A stretch of 63,038 nt of DNA, counting the filler, from Choristocarpus tenellus KU-1152 (taxonomy: Eukaryota; Protista; Phaeophyceae): the NCBI GenBank assembly GCA_964200185.2. It is 14 parts of 14 records of this genome, joined end to end, with 100 filler letters (N's around TTAATTAATTAA, not from the genome) between each part and the next. Parts side by side here need not be neighbours in the genome. Positions count along the whole stretch, not along the records: positions 25,742 to 29,829 come from CAXNAD020016293.1; positions 29,930 to 33,197 come from CAXNAD020021150.1; positions 33,298 to 36,150 come from CAXNAD020024184.1; positions 36,251 to 40,583 come from CAXNAD020015072.1; 10 more parts are not named here. One strand, 5' to 3'. Positions 25,742 through 39,200 of the stretch are shown here, one piece after another. The position numbers and the translations under genes are program-made. The notes under the pieces are model-generated. The model searched no databases. It was not told the origin of the DNA and saw only the letters and a program-made list of their open reading frames with translations. Numbering within the stretch: the stretch's first letter is position 1; each line of letters opens with the position of its first letter.

Positions 25742-25988
25742 CAGTGGGGGGGGGGAGGGGGGGGGGGAGGGGGGGGCAGGGGCCGGGGGTGGGGTGGGCT
25801 CCACCAGAAGACTATCGACTGGATCGACTTCCTCATCTAGGGTCACGTCAACTCCGGTTGGGCGTGATGATGCTCGTGTGAGGGGGAGGGGCAGGGGCAC
25901 AACTAGGGGCACAGTTAGGGGCAGAGGTGTTTCCAGCACAACAAAAACAAGAGTGGGAGGAGTCAAGCCCCCGTCCAGCAAGTCGTAA
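25742..25988 (+). CDS. possible terminal exon of an Arg/Gly/Ser/Thr-rich protein
   Basis: open from contig start to TAA 25988 (RGRGRGTTRGTVRGRG); no recognisable domain. Confidence 0.35.
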
Positions 25989-28900
25989 TTGATGCTCTAT
26001 TGTTTTTTCTGGTTTGTACTCTCTACCTGGACAGGTGAAGGTGGAGATCTGCTGACCAAGGCTTGCTGATGTGTGTGTGTGTGTGTTTGACAAACGTGTG
26101 TGTGTGTGTGACCTGTTGTAAACTTGCCAATGGTCTGGAGATGCATTCAAATTCATGTATGGAGTCCTCCAGCAGGTGCCAAGGAAAGGAGTTTAGGGAA
26201 GGTAGTCTGCTGTATGTGTACAGTGTTGAAGTGTGCTATTTTAGGCTCTGTTGTTGTCACTACCATGCTTACGAATATATTACAGTACAAAACATTATGG
26301 CCATCACCGCCATTGTCATACGTGCTTACTTCATCACGGCAGCCTGAGTTGTTGTAGTCCTCCTGGATATGCGTAGTATATGTGATGATGTTTCCATGAG
26401 AGGGTGGCAGGAACGTTTTCACCCTCCAGGAAAGGTCCCATTGGTTTTTGGGCGTTATTGTTTTCCCCCCAGTTCAGGCTCAGCAGCAGACAAGAAGCCC
26501 CTCTTTTTCGATTTTCGTTATATACAATGTCCGTAGTAACAGACAGATGTCAGATGTGTACCCCTAGTAGCAGATAGACATGTTTGTCGAGTTACGCATT
26601 TGTTTTGTTGTTTAGCATTTGTTGTTTAGCCCACCGTTTTGTTTCCATCTTGCCTCACAATGTCAATGTCTAGCTGGTGTTCCTTCTTCCAGGCAGCAGC
26701 TGGTAGGTAGTGTGTGGTGTACATTTTGTGCCATTCCTCAATGAGGGGAAGTTGATTATCTTCGGTTGTTTGCTCTGTGCAATCCACGCACTTCATTTTC
26801 ACCACTCAACAGGTGCGCGGGGTATGTGTGTATGTGTGTTACGATCCTTGCCCAACTGTATCTTTTTGCTGTGTCTGCTCTTTGCATGTGCGCTTTTTTT
26901 TATGTATGTTCCTTTCGATGAATAATAATTAACATTTACGTCATCATTTTCTCTCTATATATATACATCGATATGTATACATGCTTTAAAGTAACACCCA
27001 TGTCAAAAAGTGTGCCACCATCATGTAGGATGTAGTTACTAACATTATGTGGTGGTATGAAGTGTTCAGTTTCGATTGGAGGCGAGAGTAGGACAGACAG
27101 GCGAAGGAGTTAAGTACATATACACATGGTCATATATTGACCTGCACATCAACTGGTAGTCTCTCACTTCATATGTCCCAAACAAATGAAAGGTCCTTGT
27201 GGGCGGGAAATGCTTGAGTTCTGCCTGCTCCGAGGTTGAAGAGTCTGTGAACAGTGTCAAAGATTTTAGTGCAGCCTCTGTGCATGGCGTCTTGGAATAG
27301 TTAATTGTGCTCACAATGTCAACAGTGGTGGTGGTGGTGGTGGTGGTGGTGGTAGCATTAGAGTATATGGTAAAGGTAACCTCATTTACCTGGGACAACT
27401 TGGACTTGTCTGATATGTCCACACTGATAGTGGAACAATTCAGTTGTCTTTTTTTATATTCTCCATGACGGAAGAATCACAAATAGAAGGAGTGAGACAG
27501 GAGAATAGAGCTCGAGCATGCATGAAGTAACATAAATGAATTCATGTGTGGGGAGAATAAGCAACATGAGCAATTGTGATAATAGTAGACAACGCGCGAT
27601 TCCGGGGAAGTGTTTTTCTTAAATTACTAAGTGGGAATAATAATATTCGTTCATGATCACATCTATTACATCTTATATCAATAATCATAAAGGTTGCAGT
27701 TCTTATATTTGGAAGGTATCTTTTACAAATCTACGTGGTCAGTGCTCATAGTGCTCATCACATGTTTTGACATTATCGTCTGCACCACATACAAATATTT
27801 TGTACTCCATACGCTAAAACATCTACATCAACCAGGAATCTACTGTAAATGCTGGGTGGCGAAAGCTTGTTTGAGCACCCCAAATGTACGTACAGGTGTA
27901 AATATTATCTCACCCCCTCACCATGATCATCTTTGTTTCCATGGGAAGCGAGATGATATGTCACTCTACCAAACTTGTTACCCGTGGTTCAGACTCAGTC
28001 ACGTACAGGTCACTATCACCACACCAAAATTACCCAATGTTGCATTAAACTGATGTGTTGGAACTATGTGTGCATAGAGGAACAAGTTATGTATGATCTA
28101 GATGGTGGTACTACGCCTATTAGATGGAACAGTTAAATATTAAAAATGGGAGAAGGAGACTAAAATCCAGTCGGTTCATGAACAAGTGCCCTACGGCTTT
28201 ACAAAATATAACACGTTCTCGTTTTGCCATAGCCCTCACATCATCGTGTGGTGAGATTGGTACCACATCAGCAGAAAGAATAATGCTCAGAAGCACGAAT
28301 ACGTGACTAGTAATAATTTTGAAAATGCAACATGCGGATAAAAAACTAGGGTAGGACATAGCACTGTTTAGACCACACAGCCCACCCAATCAAGCGTCAG
28401 GCCTCGACCCTCAGGATGATAAGTTAAAACACTATATGAGGGTCCCCTGGAGATTGTTTTGGGGATTACTTGCACCTTCTAGACATTGACTGAAACAACT
28501 CTCAACCTGCCCTCCTCAATCTCCTTGTTCGGCATTCATACTTACCTTGCTTCTAATACCATGGAGTCGGCTGTCCAATAACTCATGAATTACTAACAGT
28601 TCTCCCGAGTCATCCTATCAATCCCATCAACCCATCATTCCCATCAATACACCGGCTCCAAGCACCTACCACAAGGAATCATCAAGGCTCCGTAACTTTG
28701 AATGGTACCCTTTACTGTAAGCCCTCTACAATGAAAACATAGTGCCTAATCTTTGAGGATATGGGATAAGGGGTGCTTATGATACGGAGGTGTGTGGGAT
28801 ACTATTTTAGTATTTTCATTTTTTCTATTATCTTCTCATAGTATGTCTAAGGGGTCTCACACCCATCCACGTTCAAAAGAAAGTATAGAAGAGAAGCACC

Positions 28901-29756
28901 TGCTTTTCTTTCCTTGTATACCACCCTACCAACAGGACCCTACCAACAGGATCCTAAAATGCAAGATAATCGATTTGACACGCCTACCAGTTGTTCTCAT
29001 TCCTGTCCACCCTGGCCCTGTTTTCCAACTTCTGTCTGAGCTATGCTATGTCAGAGCTGGGTCTATTTAGGCATTTCTTCAGAATTTAGGGCTTTTAAGT
29101 GCCTTTTGACTGACACTCCACTCCCACACCTCAAATGCAGCTGACCCCCCTCCAAGACAGGATGACTCATTCTGCAAATACTTCCCCCAAACATCGGAAT
29201 GTTGGGTGGTCGTTTATCCTCCCATACGTGCAACTCACCCTGCGAACAGGGACGTCAATTTCCTCACACTTAGCATCCTCATCAACACTGTCACAGTTAG
29301 TCTTCATAGTTCAGGCGCAATAATTTATTGCAGTGTTATGATAGACCGTAGCATTGTTGTGTGATCAGTGATCCCTGTTTACCAAAGAAATGGATGCATA
29401 CATGGCATGGGGCACAACAAATTATATGCATACTCCAGAGTATGTACTACCTGGTACATACACACGTACATGGCCATGACCTATTGCCACCAGGCCAGTA
29501 CCACAGCAATTGAGGGAGGGAGGAGCAGGGAGAGTGAGGACCGGAAGGATGACTAAACCCAACACATGAGAGAGGAGCAAGGTCCTCGTGGAGGCAGAAC
29601 AATCGGCCATAGTGCAAGAACAGGTAGTTAGAAGCAGTGCAATGTGTAGAACCTCTTTCATTGATGCCAACCTTTCCATCATTCAAGATGCTCATCTTTC
29701 TGGTTTGCAATATATTGTCGTGATCCGCTTACTATTATTGACCCATTATCTGACTA

Positions 29757-29829
29757 CGTATGTGTGTATGTATTTATGTATTTATGTATGTATGTATGTA
29801 TGTATGTATGTATGTATGTATGTATGTAT
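29757..29829. repeat. (TATG)n microsatellite at contig end
   Basis: gtatgtatgtatg run. Confidence 0.9.
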
Positions 29830-29929
29830 NNNNNNNNNNNNNNNNNNNNNNNNNNNNNNNNNNNNNNNNNNNNTTAATTAATTAANNNNNNNNNNNNNNN
29901 NNNNNNNNNNNNNNNNNNNNNNNNNNNNN

Positions 29930-30134
29930 GTGGTCATGGCTGAGGAAGAAAGGCACTTTTCGCGAGAAATGTTTACGCGCGCGCCAAACTCGCGTGAATA
30001 TCTCTGGGATTTTGCGCCAAGTCGCCCGAATACGAGAATTTTCGGTACAAAATCATATTTGTATGTCGAAAAAGCGGTACAAAATGGGGTTTGGTATATA
30101 ATATTTGGTATAAAATAGGTGTAGGTACTGTACC
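29930..30134 (+). repeat. dispersed repeat R3, probable transposon end (second copy 48675-48892)
   Basis: gtggtca..ggaagaaaggcacttttcgcgagaaat..tttacgcgcgcgccaaactcgcgtgaatatctc...gtaggtactgtacc shared by two contigs. Confidence 0.85.
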
Positions 30135-31905
30135 GCACTATATTGTATAGTATTTAGTACTCAGGAATATTTTGTTCGTCTCATTTCTAGACGTTCTTGT
30201 TCAGAGAGGAACTCACGTATGTTAGGTAAGACCTTGGCTGGATCGAATACATCTACACCTCACTCGGATTCAGGAGGATAAAAATGACTTTTTCATGACG
30301 ATTAGCTATTGCTGAAAACACTTTTTTGTCTTATTATGGCATCTTGTCCAAGTACTTCATGAGCATATTTTAGGTAGGTAGAGCTCTCTTCGCCTATCCT
30401 GATCTAGGCACGGAGAAGTGATGCAGCACATCACGTCCCGTTTTCCGTCTGAAGTGAGTGAGTGGTCATTAAGTGCATTTCTCCAAATTATTGTTAATCG
30501 TCTCATTTGGTCCAAAATGGGCTTATAGGAATTTACCTTCTTGAGACCATCCTGCTTGATATATTATTCATGTCAAATCCTGAAAGCACCCACTACTTCT
30601 AATATTTATTGACATCTAGATACAGCTGGAGGTGGTTTTACCTTAAGCATACACTGCTGCTGGTTGCGAGTTTTTGCTGGTGATAATTAACACTTCTTCC
30701 GGAAAGAGCAACTGCCCAATCTCTATTGAACAAAGTTATGCTAGGTATTGTGTTATAAAACAAACACCACACTCTGTTCCAAGAAAACATTTTTTGACTT
30801 TATAGACAACCGTAACTGTCATTTTTCAGATGGAATTTTAAGTACTAAAAGCGGAATAACCACCAACAATTTCTACATCACCATTCATCAGTATCTTCCT
30901 ACAAGATAAAGTGTTGATCGTTACTGCTTCCACTGCAGTAAAACCACCCTCTCTAGCCCACGAAAATTATTCATTACCTTGCCATCACATGCGTCATATT
31001 GATCGTTGGGTAGTATCAAGTGTGTCATGGTGAGCTGACAGCCTTTGGGAGGGGAAAATGGAAATGCGTCAAAATGATTCCAAACAAGGAGACACAGTCA
31101 ACCGCTTCCTAAAAGCAACTCATAACCAAAGCACTTGGTACTGATACATACGGCACATAGTACATAAAAAAATCATACAAATATATATCGGGGAACATCT
31201 AAAATCCTCTTCGTGCAAACACATCCTATGAATGATTCCACCTCTGTCATATTCTTGCTTCTCGTGAAGCTACTACACATCAGCTGCTGGGGATAAAGCC
31301 AAGAAATCGAAGTGCATATGCTAAAAAGCACACCTGTCAGTCTAAGAAATGTTGTGCGCCGCTAATGCAGCACATACGACAGGTGTCTAGTCTAGCTCAA
31401 AACTCTGGGGTTAAGCCCATACAATATGTAACAGAGCGTCTCTCTCTGAGCAACAAGAAGATCTTGATTATCTGCTCATCAAAAACCCACCCGCGCAATT
31501 TGGCATTTCTTACACATATCAAATACCGAATTCCTACCACTAACTACTGCAGTCAGGCAGGCAGACCTTCAACAAACAGCAGTAGCCTTACAAAGACTCC
31601 AAACATATTTTCTCCATGCTGTATCAGTTTGTTGTAGAGGAAAAAAAAACAAAAAACACAAATGATACTTGGAGCCTTAAATAGAGGTGGTTATATACAT
31701 CAAATGGACATGTCATTGTTAAACGTCCCAGCCGCTACAGTATGGTACCATGTTTTTTTTCTACTGTCATTTTGACCGTGGGATCTCCATAAATCCATAG
31801 TTAAGTGCCTATGGTATGCGTGGTCTAGACTACAGTCGACTTGCTGCATCGCCTGTGCCACCAGCCATGGTCTTTAAGTGAGAACAAAAAACGACCGACC
31901 GTCCA

Positions 31906-32668
31906 CTAAACATGGTTCCTGCGAAGCTTGCTCTGCTTGGATCGAACAAGGAACACATAATCTCCTTCCTCCCTGACCACCAAACAAAAAAAGGAGGGAA
32001 CAAGGCAATGTTAGAAGCGAGTACTCCCTTAATCATGCAGACCGTTTCCTAACTTCTTTTGTTCAACTGGGGGGAGGGGGACAGGTAGCAATGTACTTTA
32101 TTCACCTTTCCGCGTGAGAGGAAGAAGCCACGGTATATGATATGCTTTGCGTAACTGTAGGTTTCAACAAATGGGTACTGTAGCACACAGAATATTCTGG
32201 TTGTATCATTCCACACTGCAGCATCACACATTTGTCGCTGCTGATGTGTTTTTTGACCCTTTCACTCACATTGATCTTCCAGAGGAATCAGGCCAAGCCA
32301 CCAAAGGTTCGTCCTGGTTGGGATTGATGTGAGTGTATGGTAGACGGCTCTGCTTGTGACCAGCAGGCCGGTACAGTCCCAAGGCCATCGCTCCCAGGGT
32401 AATGAGGTGCCTGGGTGAAAGGTGCAAAGCAGATAGGTTTGTCAGGGGCAAGTCATGGGGAGACTTGGGAGAACGTCCCGAACACATCCATCCACAACAC
32501 AGGAAATCACATCAGGAAGGAGACAAAAAAATAAACAGGAGGTAGAAAAAAATACTGCTTGAAGCCGTTCAGCCTAACCCTAAGGAGGTACTCAAGACTC
32601 TGCTGCACAAACAAGATGTCTCACCTTACCAAATCACCGTAAGTCTTCCCCTTGAAAGCAGAGGAGAC
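31906..32668 (-). CDS. BK/Slo-like calcium-activated K+ channel, C-terminal RCK2 exons
   Basis: exons 32668-32625, 32410-32270, 31972-31906(TAG) in phase: FKGKTYGDLVRHLITLGAMALGLYRPAGHKQSRLPYTHINPNQDEPL...GDYVFLVRS, matching the Slo TYG-L / G(I/L)YR / Y...NP / D.VF pattern. Confidence 0.8.
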
Positions 32669-33297
32669 CTGGATAAGGCAAGGCACGGCGACAGAGATGG
32701 GGGTGTTACGGGAAGAGCTCTTGTAAGAAAAAAAAAAACTTTGAAACTACTGCTTGAGTTGAATGGCATGCCTGTATACACCTTTTGCTGATCTCTTCGA
32801 GAGCTACTGAAATAAATTAAAAAGTCACGAGAGTAAAATTGTACCTTTAATGTGTACTTACTGGACAGTGGTTTGATACAGTTGCATCTATTTCTGATGT
32901 AGTGGATAATCCTAGGAATGACTGAATAGGAATATATGGTGACGATACCAATAGCCTTCATCTTGTCTCTATCTTCAGAATGCGATTGATTATTTTCAGA
33001 CAAAACCTCCTGTACCTCCTTGTGAATGTAAATATCAAAACAAAATTCAACATTACTACTGCCTCTGCCAATTCTCTCTGTTTGTTGACCACTCACTATC
33101 TATCACTATAAGCACTGAAAATATAGATCCCTAAATAGCCCCCCCCTCTAACAGCCGATTTCAAAAATTGAGGATGGAGCTTTTCATTGAGGATGGGNNN
33201 NNNNNNNNNNNNNNNNNNNNNNNNNNNNNNNNNNNNNNNNNTTAATTAATTAANNNNNNNNNNNNNNNNNNNNNNNNNNNNNNNNNNNNNNNNNNNN

Positions 33298-33339
33298 CCC
33301 CAAAAGGACAGCTGCCACCCCCTCCCAGATACTTGAGCC
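33298..33339 (-). mobile_element. MITE family R2 end (contig start)
   Basis: ccccaaaaggacagctgccaccccctcccagatacttgagcc is the reverse complement of the R2 left end. Confidence 0.75.
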
Positions 33340-33798
33340 TTAAGATTCGGAATGCATACGTAACATTTGTCAAAGTCCCTATGAGGTTGTAGAATAAAGG
33401 TTTATGATTGGAGTACGTGTAGAGCAGTTGCATAGAAGACCAAAGAAATTGGGTGGATGATGAAAATAGGTTTCCCCCCTGACACATCTGCAAAATGTCA
33501 GAGGGCATAATAATAAAAATGAAAATAATAAGAGGGCTTTTGGTCCTTATCTTTTATCTTGAACGAACTTTGAGTCGAGCTTTGAGCTAAGCACTGAGTG
33601 GAATATCAAGAAGAGAAGGGCACCTGACACCCTACAAACTGTTATCAAGGGCAACGTTCCCATAGCGTCGTTTTAAGGTCGTTGGATTTGAGTTTTACAT
33701 CCTGTGGAGGTGAGTTCTGAGGGGCACGCTGTAACATGGAGGTTCTACCGCCTCTCTTCAAACTGGAGAGAGTACTCAGTATTCACCTCGGTTTAGTT

Positions 33799-33958
33799 GG
33801 AACTGGAGCTCCCATGTTGGAAACAATTGGCAGAGTCGGAACAGAGTCGGAACTAGAGCCCCTATGTTGGAAACAACTAGCAGAGTGGGAACAGAGTCGG
33901 AACTGGAGTCCCTAGGTCGAAAAAAAAATGGCAGAGTCGGAGCTGGAGCCCCTATGTC
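33799..33958. repeat. 50-bp tandem repeat, ~3.3 copies
   Basis: ggaactggagctcccatgttggaaacaattggcagagtcggaacagagtc at 33799, 33849, 33899 plus a partial copy. Confidence 0.85.
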
Positions 33959-34060
33959 GCCATGTTGCAATTAATATATGCTGCCGCAGCACGATTCAAG
34001 GTGATAGATGATATTTATTGTCCACCCCTTTGATAATCGCCTGTGGTAAGCGTGAAACAT

Positions 34061-34235
34061 GAGCCGAAGTATCTGGGGGGGGTGGCGACTGTCCATTTGC
34101 GAACAATTTTTTCATTTCGCGATTTTGGGTGATTTGGTTACATACGTTGGATGGATAATGGAAGTGTACTTTACCTGGTTATGGCCCAGATGGACACCCT
34201 GGTGTAGACCTCCCCCCCCCCAGATACTTTGGGTT
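34061..34235 (+). mobile_element. MITE family R2, full copy
   Basis: TIRs gagccgaagtatctgggg / ccccagatactttgggtt; acat on both flanks. Confidence 0.9.
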
Positions 34236-34369
34236 ACATGTATTTCTAGTTCACGCTGGGGGGCATGATACAGGCGAATAGTATGTCTGCCTTTTCGTAT
34301 TCCAACCAGTGTGAGTAGTCTTGTTATGACATTTACTATTTTATGTGGTTTTTAGACTTTTTTTGTATT

Positions 34370-35040
34370 TGAGACATGATTATTGTCTTGAATTGTTTGT
34401 GTTTATAGTTCTGAAGGGGGAAGCATTTATAGCAGTACCCTATTTCAGTGCCATTGTGATTTTGCATCCATATTCACTTGTGTTGATATTTGTGAGGGGG
34501 GAGAGTCTTACAATGACACTCCCAATTTTGCTGAGTCTTTTTTTGTTTGTATGTTCTTAGTTTGTAGGTAGGGTAAGCCTTTATATGGCAGCACCTCATT
34601 TTTGTTTGTGACTGTGAGATATTATCTTGGTGCCCTATAGTTTGTGTTTATAGTTGTGAAGGGGGACAGTCTACGGCAGTAAACTATTTCAGTGCTATTG
34701 TAATTTTGTGCCTGTATTCATTTGTGTTGATAGTTGTGAAGAGAGAGAAACTTGCTGAGATATTCCCTTTTTTTTTATTGTAGATGTCTGTTTTTTTGTA
34801 GATGTTCATAGTTCCTAGTAAGGGTAAGCCTTTCCATGACAGCACCCAATCTCTTTTGTGACTGTGAGTAATGGTCTTAGTGTCCTGTCATTGCTGTGTT
34901 TTAGTTTTGAAGGGGGAGAGTCTCTGGCAATACTCAACTTCAGTGCTGCTATGGTTTTGTGTCTGTATTTGTGTTTGTTTAGCTTGGAAGGGGTCGAGTC
35001 TTTTTAGACAGTACCTTACTTTTGACGTGTATATGAGACT
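34370..35040. repeat. degenerate ~250-bp tandem repeat (~2.6 copies)
   Basis: tgtgttt(a)tagtt.tgaagggg recurs near 34396, 34641 and 34894; gggtaagccttt...gcagcacc...tgtgactgtgag occurs twice. Confidence 0.7.
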
Positions 35041-35799
35041 CTGGTATAGGATTTTTTCTTATGAACCTTGAGTCAAATTCAGAGTGAGTGCCGTGAGGTG
35101 TGAGTGTCACGCTAACACATCTGTCGTCAGGGCAAGTGCTAGAAGAGGGTTTTTCCTCCAAATTTCCTCCTCCGCTGGATCCCCAACGCTGCCTACTGAT
35201 ATGTTAGGACCTGGAAGTGACATCCATTTCGTTTCTGCTGCGTTCATGATAGGACGAGGAGTGACATTGTATTTCCTTGACCAATCGCCTGTTTATCGCA
35301 TTGAAGCAGTTATGCTTCATGCTAGGGGGGTATGTTACAGGCGATATGTCTTGATGGCGGTTTCACGAACACTATTATGACATTTAAGTCCTAAATTCGA
35401 TATATTTGTACTTCTTGACTATTTTTTTTATTTGGTCGTTATGGTCCCCGATTGTGATAAGACATCATAAACTAGTTCATTTTTATACCATGATATTGAT
35501 GATAATCCAAGTGAGAGGTCCAGCATACTTGACGACTTTTGCATCAGGAGTCCTATACGTGCATCAGTTGTTAAAGTATCCCCCAAATCATCAAAGAGGA
35601 TAAAGGTGATAAATCCAGCGAGATTGCTTGGTGTCTGTAGAGTGATTGATTAAAGTTAAGTGGGGCATGCAATACCCCATAAAAATCATAAATATTTCCT
35701 TTTCTATGAGATTTTTTTTCATACAACTAATCACTAGTGAAAGGTTCTGATAACTCAACCACTAATTATTGTTCCTTTACTCCGTACATATTTTACCGT

Positions 35800-36150
35800 A
35801 ACTATCCGATAGAGTTGGAAGATTCTAATCGAACACCCTCCCTAGCTCAACAACTCTTGAGAACTTACAAGAAAACAATTATGGATCCTAGGAGACTCCT
35901 TAGGTCAATCCTGTATGACAAGAAAACAACCAGCTATTGAACTCACTGAAAATAAATAAATCCAAACAAACACACCCAAATTCAGCAAGAAACAAACTAC
36001 TAAATATAGTCTAAATTTAGCAAAGCCTCTGCATGCCTCCAAAAAGTTATTTCTACTAAAGGCTTGGTGAAGACATCTCCACGTTGTTCATCTGAAGCAA
36101 TGGCCAGTATGGCATGTGAGTTGGACTTGCTTTTGTGGCACCTAGATGTG
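35800..36150 (-). mobile_element. Ty1/Copia 3' end relic: RNase H tail, PPT, start of 3' LTR
   Basis: minus strand IASDEQRGDVFTKPLVEITFWRHAEALL (Copia Q.AD.FTKPL motif); purine tract agggaggg followed by TGTT at 35835; LTR extent not determined. Confidence 0.7.
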
Positions 36151-36252
36151 NNNNNNNNNNNNNNNNNNNNNNNNNNNNNNNNNNNNNNNNNNNNTTAATT
36201 AATTAANNNNNNNNNNNNNNNNNNNNNNNNNNNNNNNNNNNNNNNNNNNNGT

Positions 36253-39200
36253 GAATTGCCGAGAGTGTACAAATACAGCAGAGGCAATGATAACTGCAGG
36301 GAGGGGAGGGGGGGGGGAGGGAACAGTAACCCGTACGCTAGTATGCTTACTCCAGAGAAGATACAAGCGTTGGAGGGACATAAGAACTCTGCTGTTGCCA
36401 AGAGGTGACTCTTGCTCTTATGGCACACTATGGGGAAGGGAATGAAGGGAGGAGAGGAAGGGACCATCAAAATTTATTCAAAATTATGTAATGGTGGGTA
36501 TTTTCACCATGGCTGATACTGGAGGGAACTTATTGAATCCTTGCAGATAAGCAGGGACAACTGTGCAAGTCAATCCCCTGCCCCACCCAATCTCCTCTCC
36601 CTCCACTACATCTTTGTCATCGATATTGCAGTGGAGTAAGAATATTGCAAACTACATGTCATTTCTTGCCCGGTCCACATTATTTATTTCATGCATCGAT
36701 CCCTTCCTCTCATTGCCCAGCAGAAGTCCATTCTTCACAAGTGCAATGCCTGTCTGGGCGGATCAAGGGACAAATCTCAGATACCTCCAAGGCTCTTTTC
36801 TTATCCCTTTTTTAAAATTGTATTTATTGTGATCCTTGTCTTTTGTTGTGCACCCCTCTTTGTGATTGAATTCCTTGGGGGCACAGGGCTATGCGGTTGT
36901 GGTCTCGATACTTCGTAACGTGTGCTATCTGCAGCAAGTCGTACAGCCTCCATGGAGAGTCCACATATTTCTGTGGGGAGTGCAAGTGCAACGTGTGCCG
37001 CACTTGTGACTGCACAGTCTTCCACCTGGACTACCAGGTACATGTCATTTGTCGCATAATGTAGTGAACCCTCTATCCCAAGACGATCCTATGTCTTGTC
37101 CCCCCTGCCTATCTCCCATGCTGCCCAAGATGTTGATGATCTGGTACCCTATCTGGGAATGGAAGGTCTTGCTTGAAAGCACTATACTACACAGTAGTAT
37201 ATTATTCCGTTTATATACTGTGAATATGGTGTGGTATCGACCTAGAGCTATTGAGTGTGTTTGAGGGTTCTGTTCACTTCATCCCTTAGTATATTCATTT
37301 TTTGGTAATTCTTAGCAATGCTATTGCACCTGTACATAAGGCTGAGCCAGTGGTGTGTGTTTTGCTCTGTTTTACTATTTTTTTGGAATCTTGGCACAAC
37401 ACATCTTCCCAGAAGAGTATAGGAGAGGTACAGCAGTGTTAACCACAAGGGGTATATACCTTTTTGGCACTTGTGTTGAGTTAAGAGTTGGGCAAGTTAA
37501 GCTCTGGTTGGGTGAAGGTTGTCATGAAATAATTCTACTGTGTGGATTGTACCCTTTTTTGTCAGGTTTAGGACTTTGGTGATGAAAGTATACACCAACT
37601 GTATAGAGCAAGAGTATAAATTTAGTAAAGATGTTACCTACTCTTTATTTTGACACATTATTCCAACTATTGCAGAAATTTGTTTGCATACCTCGCACTC
37701 CTCTTGTTCTGGCCTCACTGATTAAACTTGTTGACCTGTCTACCCCAACATATGTAGACTTCGTTGCCTTTTGATCTCTCTCTGTGCTATAGATTCTGTA
37801 CTTGCGTAAACAGTTGCTGTGTCTTTTGGTAGTCATGAGCATTGTACCCCTTCGCACAGGAGATATGGTGTGCGTAGACTCTAAACCTGACTCTAACCCC
37901 GCAAATGAATGTTTGCTTGTTTGTCTCAGTGCGTTTGTATTGTTGTGGTTATGCTTATGTTTTCCCTTGCTGGATTTACTAGAGAGGGCGTTGCAGTCAC
38001 CAAATTGAGCTCTTTTTGCATCCCGGGGGTTATGAGTAGGACCTGATCGCCACCATTGACTTTCCTGTCTCTTATTTCCTTTGTGAGAGAGTGAGAAGAA
38101 AAAAAAAGGATGTAAATGAACTTCACAAGATACGAATTTTGTTCCATTTATTGTGTTTTGGGTTGGTTGTTTTCACAGGAAATGTTGTGGCGAGAGATGG
38201 AGGGGAAGGAGAAGAAGGGGAAGGAGGCCCAAATAGCAGCAAGGAAAAGCAAGAAGGTTGGAAAATACAACCCCTTCATCCCACCTCCTGAACAAATTTG
38301 CTATAGTTAAATGCCCTATTACTTTCGAAATCACTCACACATGCATTGCCAGCACAATGGGCAATTAATTTCCAGCCTATCTTTAAGATTTTGGTAGTGT
38401 ACCATATTGTTATCACTGTAGGAGAATATTGGTGCTCTTTTGGGGGGAAGTGGGTGGGGGGCGGCGAGGTTGGCACCTGTGACTTGAATATCAGTGCTTT
38501 GTCTTCTTGTGAGGTTCTTTTCTTAAATTTGATCTTGTACATCAGTCACAAATGAAGTATGGTTGGTTGGATGGTTGGACGTATCGATGTACTGGATATT
38601 TCCCAGATAATACTGGAAAGTTTGAATTTATTTGAATAAATATCTGGTGGAATTACTCTTAGTTGTGTTGCCTTAGCTGGCAAATGAATGTCATGTGTGT
38701 TACTTCGGCCTCAACACTATTTCTAACTTGTCAATTTGAGCATAACCGCCAAAAATGATTGCATTTAAATATCTCTCTTTACTAATCCAAGGTTACTTGT
38801 GTTTATTTTGCTGTTTGGGACTCCCACCATACTGCTGTCATTGAAGAATTTTGGGGAATAACAAAGCTTGAGAATATCACAGCATTACCTCATTTCTTGC
38901 TGCACATTGTGTTTGTGGAACATTTACAGCCTCTTAGATTGCGCAGCAGAAATGTCATTGTCAACCATTGCAAGGTTCTTTGGACGGTAGGCAATATTTA
39001 TTTGATTCTCTATCTTCGTTGCTCCTCATGTCATGTGGGTGGAAATGGCACAGCTTGGTGTACCATTAGAGAATCCAGCTTGTAGTGGTGCTTCTGTTGA
39101 ATACTAACAATATATTTCTATTCAATCTTTCATTGATGTGCACAAACCCTCTGCACTGTCTACCCTCAACATTTGAATACAGATGGTTTCTTGTTTCCTG

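Noticed and set aside
29130-29720. Possible Copia integrase relic (AEQSAIV...CRTSFIDANL)
   Set aside because: Resemblance too weak to call.
5096-32668. Ion-channel cluster (TRP + BK)
   Set aside because: The genes are on different contigs separated by linkers.
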